Positions 1 to 8,940 of a stretch of DNA of 64,000 nt are shown in pieces. Both the position numbers and the translations under genes were made by a program. The DNA comes from Thermoanaerobaculia bacterium (GTDB taxonomy: Bacteria > Acidobacteriota > Thermoanaerobaculia > Multivoradales > Multivoraceae), in the NCBI GenBank assembly GCA_963664405.1, contig OY761158.1, positions 2,656,001 to 2,720,000 of the forward strand, written 5' to 3'. The notes under the pieces are model-generated. The model made no database searches and was not told the origin of the DNA. It was given only the letters and a program-made list of their open reading frames with translations. The first letter of the stretch is position 1, and every line of letters starts with the position of its first letter.

Positions 1-1242
1 GGCCTCGGGGCTGCCACCGTAGGTCATGCTCGCAGCGAGCACGTCGGAACGGCCGCCGAATCCGCCGAGGCGCTCGGTTCCGCGGACGAAGGAAGCAACG
101 ATACGCGCACGCGCTCGCAGCAGCTCTTCGTCCGTCGGGCCGCTGCGGTGGAACTGGTCGAGAATCGCATCCATCTCGCGCTCGACTTCGGCCGTATCAA
201 CACCCGGTCTCACCGTAGCGGTTACAGAGAACAGGCCCGAAAGCTCTAGATCCTCCATATCGGCACTGACCGAGGTCGCGAGCCTCTTCTCATAGACCAG
301 CGCGCGGTCCAGGCGGGCGCTCTTGCTGCCACTCAGGACGCTCGCGACCAACTGCAGATGCGCCGACGCGTCGCTCCCCCATCCAGGAACGTGGTAAACC
401 CGATAAATTCGAGCCTGAGGTACGCGGTCCTCGAGCACATCTCGAAGGTCGTCCTCCAACCTCGGCACCCACCGCTGGTAACGAGGAACAGGAGGCCCCG
501 GCGGAATGGCCCCGAAGTACTTCTCGACCAACTCGACGGCTCGATCTACCGTGATATCTCCGGCGAGAGAGAGCACGCAATTTCCCGGACCGTAGAAAGT
601 GCGGTACCAAGTGCGTACGTCTTCGAGAGTTGCCGCTTCGAGGTCCTCCATGCTGCCGATCGTGGGCCAGCTATAGGGGTGGGAGTAGGGATAGATCGAC
701 TCGACCACGCGAGTGAATACGCGGCCGTAGGGGCGGTTCTCGCCCTGGCGTTTCTCGTTCTGAACCACGCCACGCTCGCGCTCCAAAGACTCAGGGGTGA
801 TCCGAGCGGCGAGAAATCCCATCCGGTCTGATTCCAAAAATAGCGTCCGCTCCAGCGCCGAGGTTGGGACATCCTCGAAAAAATTCGTGCGGTCCCCGTT
901 GGTGGTGCCGTTGCGGTTGTTGGCTCCGAGGTCATCCATCGCCTCACGGAAGCCGTGCGGATAGTTCTCGCTGCCGTTGAAGAAAAAGTGCTCGAAGAGG
1001 TGCGCAAATCCTGTCCGGCCCCGACTCTCGTTGCGAGAGCCGACGTGGTACCAGGTATTCACCGAGACGATGGGCAGACTGTGATCTTCGTGGACAAGAA
1101 GTACCAGACCGTTGGGCAGCACCCGGGTCTCGTGCTCGATACGCAGTAGGCCGAGATCGAGAGGGTCCAGACCCTGTGCACCGGTGGCAATGGCCCACGC
1201 CGCACCCAAGACCGCAAGCACAAATGACTTCCACGACGCCAT
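1..1242 (-). CDS. M16 family zinc protease (PqqL/insulinase-like), runs off the window edge
   Basis: Manual translation of minus strand: signal peptide MASWKSFVLAVLGAAWAIA, then YHVGSRNESRGRTGFAHLFEH (HxxEH), NGTTNGDRTNF, HPYSWPTIGS. Absent from the ORF track because there is no stop in the window. Confidence 0.9.
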   Translation of the reverse strand, partial: MASWKSFVLAVLGAAWAIATGAQGLDPLDLGLLRIEHETRVLPNGLVLLVHEDHSLPIVSVNTWYHVGSRNESRGRTGFAHLFEHFFFNGSENYPHGFREAMDDLGANNRNGTTNGDRTNFFEDVPTSALERTLFLESDRMGFLAARITPESLERERGVVQNEKRQGENRPYGRVFTRVVESIYPYSHPYSWPTIGSMEDLEAATLEDVRTWYRTFYGPGNCVLSLAGDITVDRAVELVEKYFGAIPPGPPVPRYQRWVPRLEDDLRDVLEDRVPQARIYRVYHVPGWGSDASAHLQLVASVLSGSKSARLDRALVYEKRLATSVSADMEDLELSGLFSVTATVRPGVDTAEVEREMDAILDQFHRSGPTDEELLRARARIVASFVRGTERLGGFGGRSDVLAASMTYGGSPEA

Positions 1243-1250
1243 AGACAGAT

Positions 1251-1284
1251 GCCTCCGAAAGTGATGAATATCACTTCCGGAGGC
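1251..1284 (-). promoter_or_regulatory. 15-bp stem-loop covering the Shine-Dalgarno of the M16 protease gene
   Basis: Minus strand gcctccggaagtgat-attc-atcactttcggaggc; the GGAGG in the 3' arm lies 9 nt before the ATG at 1242. Confidence 0.55.
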
Positions 1285-1370
1285 GCCCTGTCTCTCTCCT
1301 GCGGCTGCGCCGTCCCCGGCGCACTGATTGCTAGCCGAAGGAAACAGTACCGATCACTTAAAGAGAATGG

Positions 1371-1712
1371 CTACCCGATGGCTACGGTCCCGGTCTCCCC
1401 GGTGCGGATGCGAACGCACTCGGCCATATCGAAGACAAAGATCTTCCCGTCGCCGATGCGACCGGTCTTCGCCCCGCCTGTTATCGCCTCGACGACGGTA
1501 TCTAAGTACTCGTCGTTCACAGCCACCTCGAGTTTCACTTTACGCAGCAAGCTGCCCGACTCTTTGTGGCTGCGGTAGACCTCTGAGACGCCCTTCTGCC
1601 GGCCCCGCCCCATCACATTGGAAACGGTTACCAAATGAATATCGCTGTCCTTCAGCCTGTCGAGGACCTCGTTCTTACGGTCCGGCTGCACGATGGCGAT
1701 GATGTATTTCAT
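1371..1712 (-). CDS. glnK: P-II nitrogen regulatory protein
   Basis: MKYIIAIVQP...GRGRQKG...TGRIGDGKIFV...RIRTGE; directly downstream of amtB. Confidence 0.92.
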   Translation of the reverse strand: MKYIIAIVQPDRKNEVLDRLKDSDIHLVTVSNVMGRGRQKGVSEVYRSHKESGSLLRKVKLEVAVNDEYLDTVVEAITGGAKTGRIGDGKIFVFDMAECVRIRTGETGTVAIG

Positions 1713-1728
1713 GATCTCTCCTCCCGCC

Positions 1729-3048
1729 TTAGTCGACCAGAGTGTAGGCAGACTCTCGATGCGATGTGACATCGAGGCCGACTCGCTCGTCGTCTTCGTC
1801 GACGCGAAGACCGACGATCTTGTCAATCACCTTGAGCAGAATGAACGAAACTACGCCAGCCCACACGATCGTGAAAACGACAGCTTTGAGCTGGATGGCG
1901 ACCTGACCTGCATTGCCGTAGAAAAGGCCATTGGTGTCGTTGCCCGGCACCATGTCGGTGGCCCAGAGACCGGCAGCGATGGCCCCCCACATTCCGGCGA
2001 CACCGTGGACGCCGAAGACGTCGAGGGAGTCGTCGTATCCGAACTTCTCTTTGATGACGGCCAAAGCGAAGTAGGCGCAGATTGAGGCACCTAGACCCAC
2101 GCCGAGAGCGCCCATCGCGTTGACCGAGCCGCAAGCCGGCGTAATCGCCACAAGCCCGGCGACAGCTCCGGTAATGACCCCGAGCAGGGTCGGCTTCGAG
2201 TTGAGGACCCAGTCGAGAGCACCCCAGGTGACAGCGGCGGTCGCGGCGGCAATATGAGTGACCACGAAAGCATTCGCCGCCGAGCCGTTCGCGGCGACGG
2301 CGCTGCCGGCGTTGAAGCCGAACCAGCCGAACCAGAGCAGACCGGTGCCGAGCACGGCGAACGGGAGGTTGTGTGGCGGCGAGATGCCCCTCGGAAAGCC
2401 CTGTCGTTTGCCGAGCAAGAGCGCAGCGACCAGGGCTGATACTCCGGCGTTGATATGCACCACAGTGCCGCCTGCAAAGTCGAGTGCGCCGTCGGCGCCA
2501 AGGCCGAAGAAGCCACCAGCGCCACCCCAGACCCAGTGACAAACCGGCGCGTAGACCACCAACAGCCACAGGCTCATGAACAGACAGATGGCACTGAACT
2601 TCATGCGCTCGGCGAACGCACCGATCATCAGCGCAGGGGTGATAACGGCGAACATCGCCTGAAAGATCATGAACAGCTGGCCGGGGATTGCGGTGCCGTC
2701 CCAGGCATCGAAGCCCACGTCGCGGAGGAACATGTAGTCCAGGCCGCCGACGACTCCACCGAGGACGTCAGAGCCGAAGGCCAGGCTGAAACCGACCAGC
2801 ACCCAGAGAATGGTCATCAACCCCATGCACAAGAAGCACTGCATAAGGATGGACAAGACGTTCTTGCGTCTGACCAGGCCGCCGTAGAAGAAGGCGAGGC
2901 CCGGTGTCATCAACAGCACTAGTGCGCAGCTCGTCAGCATCCACGCCGTATCTCCGCTGTCAATACCCTCCTGGGCCGCCGCCGGAGGCGCCAGACCGAG
3001 GAACATGAAGAGCGCTATCAGGAGCAAGGCCCCGCGCGGTGAACTCAT
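1729..3048 (-). CDS. amtB: Ammonium transporter
   Basis: DSGDTAWML, PGLAFFYGGLVR, DFAGGTVVH, WFGWFGFNAGS, DDSLDVFGVHG; GGAGG RBS before ATG 3048. Confidence 0.97.
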   Translation of the reverse strand: MSSPRGALLLIALFMFLGLAPPAAAQEGIDSGDTAWMLTSCALVLLMTPGLAFFYGGLVRRKNVLSILMQCFLCMGLMTILWVLVGFSLAFGSDVLGGVVGGLDYMFLRDVGFDAWDGTAIPGQLFMIFQAMFAVITPALMIGAFAERMKFSAICLFMSLWLLVVYAPVCHWVWGGAGGFFGLGADGALDFAGGTVVHINAGVSALVAALLLGKRQGFPRGISPPHNLPFAVLGTGLLWFGWFGFNAGSAVAANGSAANAFVVTHIAAATAAVTWGALDWVLNSKPTLLGVITGAVAGLVAITPACGSVNAMGALGVGLGASICAYFALAVIKEKFGYDDSLDVFGVHGVAGMWGAIAAGLWATDMVPGNDTNGLFYGNAGQVAIQLKAVVFTIVWAGVVSFILLKVIDKIVGLRVDEDDERVGLDVTSHRESAYTLVD

Positions 3049-3206
3049 CGCTACCCTCCTTCGAATCGTGATGTACGGAACAACAGCATCGTACTCGCAA
3101 CAAAAACTCTCGCGCAACGACGAACAAAAACGTCGCATTGGAGGCGCGAAGGACTTTTTTTGAGCACTCGCATCAAAGCAGGCCGAGGGCGACCCTGTAC
3201 GAGTTG

Positions 3207-4559
3207 ATGACACACAGCCGCCTTGAACCCACCCCCGCTAGACAAACTCGACCCCCTCAGAGGCGTCGTCCTCGAGCGATCGTCGCTGCCCTCATCGCTC
3301 TCTCGCTGTCGGCAGTCATAGCCGAAGCGCAGATCTACCTCCCCGATTCAGACTCGGTCGCCTACTCGGCGTACGCCGCCATCGCCGGCACCAAGATCAC
3401 AGCGCACCGCGGGAGCTCGGTGAGGGGAGACCTCCACTCCAACAATAGAGTGACGATCCGTCTCCGAGCCACCGTCGATGGAGACGTCACGGCCGGGCTC
3501 AGGATCAGGCAGCAGGGTGTAGTCACCGGGACAGCCACCGAGGGGGCGCCGCTGGTCGATCTCCCATCTCCGCCGAGTCGGAAAGCGGCAGTCGCCATCG
3601 CAGACCGCACTTTCACGGGTGACCAAGTCTTTGTCGACGAGGTTTTCAACGACGTCATCTATGTCGATGGCAACGTTTCGATTCGGGGCTCGATCAACGG
3701 TGTCGGTTCCGTCATCGCGAGCGGGAAGATCGTGGTCGAGCGCCTCGATTTCGCCGGAGAGGTCGCTCTCGACGCGACGACGCGGCTCGCCCTGATCGCA
3801 TCGGGCAAAATCGAGGTGGGCCGATACCGAGCTCTGCGAGGGGCCCTCGTGACTGGCACGCGTCTCGTTCTGAACCAGGATTGTCGGTTCGAGGGTGTGC
3901 TTGTCGCCTCGAAGAGGATCGTGATCGCGAGCGACTCAGTGGTCAGCTTCGTCGATCCAGTCGGCGACACAGTAGAGCCCGCGCTGAGCTTGGTGGCTCC
4001 GAGCTCTCCCCTCGTCACCGCCGTGACTCGGATCGACCTAGCCTTCTTCTACGCCGACGACGGCACCGGATTGGATCTGGCGAGCCTGCGGGTACTCTTC
4101 AACGGCGCCGACATCACCGATGCTTGCCTGCCCGAGGCGGTCGTGGCCTCCTGCCCTGCGACTCTAGCGGGATCGGGCGAACAGACCGTAGAGGCAACCA
4201 TCAGCGACTTCGCGGGCAACATAGCGAACAAGACCTTCCACTTCGAGGCCACTCTGGACGAGGCGGCGCCCACCGTAGTCATCAACTCGCCCGCTTCGGG
4301 TGCGATCGTCTCCACCCCCCTGCTCCTGATCTCGGCGTCCGTGGCGGACGACGGCGAGGTCACGATCGTCACTGTGAACGGCAGGGTCATCGAGCCCGAG
4401 AACGGACAGATCTCCAGCCAAGTGAATCTCCGTGAAGGCGCGAACCGAATTGAGCTAACCGCCAGAGACGGCACCGGCAAGACCGCTGCTGCGGAAGTCG
4501 AAGTGACCCTCGACACCCCCAGCTCACACTTTCTAGACCCATCGAAGAGGCTTTCATAA
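3207..4559 (+). CDS. N-terminal part of a large secreted Ig-repeat protein (frameshifted near 4520)
   Basis: Signal-like RRRPRAIVAALIALSLSAVIAEAQ, a beta-rich region, then bacterial Ig-like repeats (DxxxP...DxAGN). Confidence 0.7.
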   Translation: MTHSRLEPTPARQTRPPQRRRPRAIVAALIALSLSAVIAEAQIYLPDSDSVAYSAYAAIAGTKITAHRGSSVRGDLHSNNRVTIRLRATVDGDVTAGLRIRQQGVVTGTATEGAPLVDLPSPPSRKAAVAIADRTFTGDQVFVDEVFNDVIYVDGNVSIRGSINGVGSVIASGKIVVERLDFAGEVALDATTRLALIASGKIEVGRYRALRGALVTGTRLVLNQDCRFEGVLVASKRIVIASDSVVSFVDPVGDTVEPALSLVAPSSPLVTAVTRIDLAFFYADDGTGLDLASLRVLFNGADITDACLPEAVVASCPATLAGSGEQTVEATISDFAGNIANKTFHFEATLDEAAPTVVINSPASGAIVSTPLLLISASVADDGEVTIVTVNGRVIEPENGQISSQVNLREGANRIELTARDGTGKTAAAEVEVTLDTPSSHFLDPSKRLS

Positions 4560-7462
4560 GTAACAGCGCCTCCCTCAGAGTGGTCGGAGTCGCCGCCGAT
4601 GCGACCGGCATCTCTGCCCTGAAGATCGGCAACACCTCGGTCAACCCGACCGAAGGAGCGTTCGATGAAGAAGTGGCGCTCGCCGAGGGCGCCAACAGCA
4701 TTCGGGTCACCGCTGAGGATGGGGCCGGCAACCAGACATCTGTCGAGCTGGAGGTCCATCGATTCACCTTGCCGGTGATCGCGATTCTGGCGCCCGAAGA
4801 CGCCACTCTTGTTCTAGGGACGACAACCGAGGTCAGCGGAACGATCAGCGACCCAACCGCCACGGTCGAGGTGAACGGTATCCCCGCACAGGTCGTCGGC
4901 TCCGAATTCGTCGCCCAAGATCTACCGATCGGTAGTGGAGCCAACCTGTTCAAGGCGGTCATAACAACCGCGAGCGGGCGACAGGCGGCCGACTCGATCA
5001 CCCTGTTCCGTGATCTGACGCCGCCAAGAGTCGTCATTGAAGAGCCGAGGAACGGCTCACGTGTCTTTGAGCCGACCCTCTCCGTGACCGGCATGGTCAA
5101 CGACATCGTCGTCGGAACCGTGAACTCAGAGCAGGCCACGGTTACCGTCAATGGTCAGCAGGCTGAGGTGTCGAACCGCTCATTTCGCCTTGACCGAATC
5201 ACTCTGAGCCCGGGTGAGAACGTGATCACCGCAACAGCGGTGGACCCCAGCGGCAATAGGAGCCAGGAGACAACGACCGTTCACTTCGAGGCACCCGATG
5301 GGCCCACGATCGCCATCTTCGGCGGCGACGGCCAGAGCAGCGTTATCGGCTCGCTTCTACCCGCGCCCCTATCGGCCATGCTTCGAGATCGGAATGGCGC
5401 ACCGGTGGCGGGAGAGCTGGTCACTTTTCGCGCGGTCGGCAACGACGGCTCTCTCGATGTCGGTCTCAGACAAGTGGCTCTCAGCACCGATGGAAACGGC
5501 CTGGCACAGGTGGGCTTCACCCTCGGGCGACGAGCGGGCAATCAGACCATCGAAGCCACCGCGGTCGGTTTCAGCGGCCGGGCGGTCTTCAACGCGATCG
5601 CGCTCCCGGCCCAGGCCGCGCTCCTGGTCCCGGACTCCGGCGATCAGCAGGTCGGAATCAGCTCACGGGAGCTCCCTGAACCACTGGTAGTTGTCGTCAC
5701 CGACAGTGGCTTCAACCGGCTCGGAGGGATACCCGTGACTTTCGAGATCGTCGAGGGGGAGGGTCAGCTGGAGAATGGTCTCGAAAAGTGGGTCGTGGTA
5801 TCTGACAGCGACGGGCGCGCCGCTGCCCGCCTGACTCTGGGCGCACCGGAGGGAGTCGCCAATAACGTGGTCCAGGCGCGCCTCGGAGACGAGCCTGATG
5901 ATCCGGCCGTCGCCTTCACCGCGGCCGCTCAGATCGCCGGGCACCCGAGCCTCACAACGATTAGTGGTCTGGTTCTCGACAATACAGACTTGCCGGTCCC
6001 CGGCGTAACCGTGACGGTGGCAGAGAACGCCGCAGCCAGCCAAAGCGATAACTCCGGCTTCTTTCACATCATCGGCGCACCGGTTGGGGCCCTGCACCTC
6101 ATCGTCGACGGAAGCACGGCCCAGCGGCCCGGCTCGTGGCCAACGCTCGAGTTCACGCTGACGGCGGTGCCCGGGCGCGACAATTCGCTGGGCCGACCCA
6201 TCTTCCTACTTCCGCTCGCCACTCAGAACGCACTCTTCGTCGACGAAGGGAGCGGAGGCGTACTCACCATAGCCGAGATTCCCGGCTTCTCGCTGGAAGT
6301 GGCGCCGGGGTCCGTCACGTTCCCCGATGGCTCCAGTACGGGGGTCGTCACCGTCACTCCCGTTCACAGCGACAAGATCCCGATGACCCCAGGCTTCGGT
6401 CAGCAGCCGCGCTTCATCGTAACCATCCAACCGGCCGGAGCGAAGTTCGACCCACCCGCTCCACTCACCCTACCGAACGTAGACGGCATGGTGCCCGGCG
6501 AGGTAACGGAGCTCTATTCCTTCGACCATGATCTGGGGCAGTTCGTCAGCATCGGGCCAGGTACGGTCAGCGACGACGGTACGCGCATCACTTCGAACAA
6601 GGGGGTCGGCATAGTGAAAGCCGGCTGGCACTGCGGTGGCAACCCGGGGCCGCCGGGCTGGCCCCACGACTGCCCCCTCTGTCGACGCTGCGTCTCCGGG
6701 ATCTGCGTGCCGGACTCGAGTCAAACCCCGCTCCAGTTCGCCGACGACGACTGTCTGTTTCAGGGCTGCGCTCACGGCACTCTTCTCGACTTCGAAACAG
6801 ACCTGGAGACACCTCCGCAGATAGCCGACAACTGCTTCAATGAGATCTGTCCCCGCGACGAGAAGCGGCTCGACCTCAACGACGCGCCGCTCCCACTCGA
6901 GTGTTGTGGCAATCTGAAGATCGATCTCCCCGAGGGTAGACTTACCGGCATCTACGATCCCGATAATGAATGCTGTGTCGACGACGGACTACTGATCGTC
7001 GACAAAGGCCCACCGCTGGACGATATTGAGCTATGTCCGCAGAGGTCGCGGCCACCGCTCAGCGAGCTGCCCTACGACTACCAAGGCTGCAGCGTTCCCG
7101 CCGTGGTAACCATGATCGCGGGCTTTCACTCCCCGAACAACCCCGCGGGCGGGCAGAGCACGCACTTCAGCGACTTCGACCTCGGCCCTGCCGCACAGCA
7201 CAACCTGCCCTGCGACGTCCACGACGCGTGTTTTCAATCATGCAAAACCACCGAAGCAGAGCGCACGATGTGTGATGACGACTGGCAAGACGCTCTGCTC
7301 CGTGTATGTGAGCTGGCGATGAGCCACCCGGTGGACGGTCAGGACCTCTCAATCATTCATCGCTGCTTTGTGGCCGCAAACGTCTACTTCCAAACAGTTA
7401 GCACCTTAGGGAAGTTCTTTTTCGAAGCGAACCAGAAGGACTTCTGTCAATGCTGCGACTAG
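4520..7462 (+). CDS. C-terminal part: Ig repeats, carboxypeptidase-regulatory-like and ZU5-like module, Cys-rich linker, group XII phospholipase A2-like C-terminal domain
   Basis: Frame is open from 4520 (QLTLSRPIEEAF...). C-terminus reads QGCS...CDVHDACFQSC...CDDDWQDALLRVC...C...FQTVSTLG...QKDFCQC. Confidence 0.72.
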   Translation, partial: QLTLSRPIEEAFISNSASLRVVGVAADATGISALKIGNTSVNPTEGAFDEEVALAEGANSIRVTAEDGAGNQTSVELEVHRFTLPVIAILAPEDATLVLGTTTEVSGTISDPTATVEVNGIPAQVVGSEFVAQDLPIGSGANLFKAVITTASGRQAADSITLFRDLTPPRVVIEEPRNGSRVFEPTLSVTGMVNDIVVGTVNSEQATVTVNGQQAEVSNRSFRLDRITLSPGENVITATAVDPSGNRSQETTTVHFEAPDGPTIAIFGGDGQSSVIGSLLPAPLSAMLRDRNGAPVAGELVTFRAVGNDGSLDVGLRQVALSTDGNGLAQVGFTLGRRAGNQTIEATAVGFSGRAVFNAIALPAQAALLVPDSGDQQVGISSRELPEPLVVVVTDSGFNRLGGIPVTFEIVEGEGQLENGLEKWVVVSDSDGRAAARLTLGAPEGVANNVVQARLGDEPDDPAVAFTAAAQIAGHPSLTTISGLVLDNTDLPVPGVTVTVAENAAASQSDNSGFFHIIGAPVGALHLIVDGSTAQRPGSWPTLEFTLTAVPGRDNSLGRPIFLLPLATQNALFVDEGSGGVLTIAEIPGFSLEVAPGSVTFPDGSSTGVVTVTPVHSDKIPMTPGFGQQPRFIVTIQPAGAKFDPPAPLTLPNVDGMVPGEVTELYSFDHDLGQFVSIGPGTVSDDGTRITSNKGVGIVKAGWHCGGNPGPPGWPHDCPLCRRCVSGICVPDSSQTPLQFADDDCLFQGCAHGTLLDFETDLETPPQIADNCFNEICPRDEKRLDLNDAPLPLECCGNLKIDLPEGRLTGIYDPDNECCVDDGLLIVDKGPPLDDIELCPQRSRPPLSELPYDYQGCSVPAVVTMIAGFHSPNNPAGGQSTHFSDFDLGPAAQHNLPCDVHDACFQSCKTTEAERTMCDDDWQDALLRVCELAMSHPVDGQDLSIIHRCFVAANVYFQTVSTLGKFFFEANQKDFCQCCD

Positions 7463-8823
7463 ACCAGCGTTTCCAAAGTTCGTGCTGCATAGCTCGAGCT
7501 CATTCTGTTCGCTGGCCAGGCGCGCCGACGCAGGCATATTGGGCAATATTCGAGGAGCGCGGGGGCGCCCAGCCAACGCCGGCAGCGGGCAGAAGGGGCC
7601 GAGATATGTGCGCGAACTTTGGAAACGCTGGTCTAGCTATCAGAACGGGTCTCTTTCTGTTCGGTCTCTTCGCTTTGATCGTCGCGGCGAGGCCCCAATC
7701 GCTCCGAGTCGAGTGGTCTGAGCTGATGGATCACCCGGGCATTCGAGCCACGGTAGAGTGCGTCGCCGCGACTCCCCAAGGTGGCGTGCGCATACTGTTC
7801 TCACCTCAGCGCTCGGCCGCGGCGGAAGGGAGCCAACAGTTTTCCCTCTTGAGCGTCGGGCCCGATGGCCGGGCTACCGCGCCAGGTCTGCTGCCGGTGG
7901 CGACCGCCCCGAGTCTCATCCTAAGACGTGGAGGGTGTGCAAGCCTTTCAAACGGCGATCTCTTCGTGGTGGGCTCACTGCGATCGACGGGCGAGCTTGC
8001 CTTCTTCTCCGTCGACGAGCGCGGGAGGATTGCCGCTTCAGGGAAGCTTCTCGGACCTTCGGACGGTTGGAGCCCCGACAAGGTCATCCGCACCTCCCGG
8101 GACCGCCTCCTAGCGGTCGGCAGCAGGGCCTCCTCCGATGCGAGATTCGCCCTCGTCTTCGACTCCCAGGGGAACATCGAATGGAAGCTCGACGCCTCGG
8201 CCGCTCGCGGCGTCACCTTTCAAGACGTACTCGAAATGCCGAATGGCGACTTTGTTCTCTGCGGTTTCGAAAACTCGGATCCACAGGCCATCGCCGAGTC
8301 CTCCAACAGCATCTTCGGACTCCTTCCCAAGAACCTCTGGGTGGGGAGAGTCAGCAAAGAAGGGAAGCTGCTCGCGGAGCGTCGTCCGGAGGGACTCGAG
8401 TGCCGTCTCATGCTGCGGGGCGCCACCCCCATTCTCATCTTCGACCGCGGCCAGATCGGCACCGGCGAATTGGTACAAGCGGAGCTTTCAGAGAGCCTCG
8501 AGATCGTCGAGGAGCACGTCATGCTCGAGTCCTTCGCGCGGGCCTTCTCGCTGCCTGTGGCAACGTTCGCTGACAGCTCGGTCCTGGCTCTCGAAGCCCG
8601 GGGAGAGCAAGCTCCCGTGCTCTATCTATTCGGTCCCAAGGTGGGCAGAAAGCTGGACGAGCTTGCCGAAGAAAGGCTTCAGGCCGCTCTTCCGCTCCTC
8701 ATCGCATCCGGAGAGAGCGTCTTCGATGTGGCGACGGACTTCCAGTTTGCAGACGAGACAGAGGCTCGGTCGATCGTAGCGAAAACGCGAGTGACGAAGA
8801 TTGTTGTGGAAGTAGATCCCTGA
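7450..8823 (+). CDS. Secreted beta-rich protein, candidate immunity/partner protein; 5' end interrupted in frame by a MITE
   Basis: ATG overlaps the last 13 nt of the upstream gene; removing the MITE restores the signal peptide MLRLAIRTGLFLFGLFALIVAARPQS. Alternative start at 7606. Confidence 0.65.
   Translation: MLRLDQRFQSSCCIARAHSVRWPGAPTQAYWAIFEERGGAQPTPAAGRRGRDMCANFGNAGLAIRTGLFLFGLFALIVAARPQSLRVEWSELMDHPGIRATVECVAATPQGGVRILFSPQRSAAAEGSQQFSLLSVGPDGRATAPGLLPVATAPSLILRRGGCASLSNGDLFVVGSLRSTGELAFFSVDERGRIAASGKLLGPSDGWSPDKVIRTSRDRLLAVGSRASSDARFALVFDSQGNIEWKLDASAARGVTFQDVLEMPNGDFVLCGFENSDPQAIAESSNSIFGLLPKNLWVGRVSKEGKLLAERRPEGLECRLMLRGATPILIFDRGQIGTGELVQAELSESLEIVEEHVMLESFARAFSLPVATFADSSVLALEARGEQAPVLYLFGPKVGRKLDELAEERLQAALPLLIASGESVFDVATDFQFADETEARSIVAKTRVTKIVVEVDP
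7459..7636. mobile_element. MITE/palindromic element copy 1
   Basis: 24-bp perfect terminal inverted repeat ctagaccagcgtttccaaagttcg including CTAG at each end; near-identical copy at 46011-46188. Confidence 0.9.
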
Positions 8824-8940
8824 CAAGACGCCGGCGAAGCGCCGGCCGGTCTAGAAAACATCGATAGCGCCCTCAGTTGAGGAGGTCGGACGAGCCGACT
8901 CTTGGCGGGAGCTGTGGCTAAACGAAGGGAGCAGTACGCC

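Noticed and set aside
1285-1330. GGAGAG motif suggesting a glycine riboswitch
   Set aside because: The other conserved elements (CCGAAG...CTCTCAGG) are not in the right arrangement.
3050-3200. Expected sigma-54/NtrC sites upstream of amtB
   Set aside because: No convincing GG-N10-GC or TGCAC-N7-GTGCA match; only a short gtttttgtt duplication.
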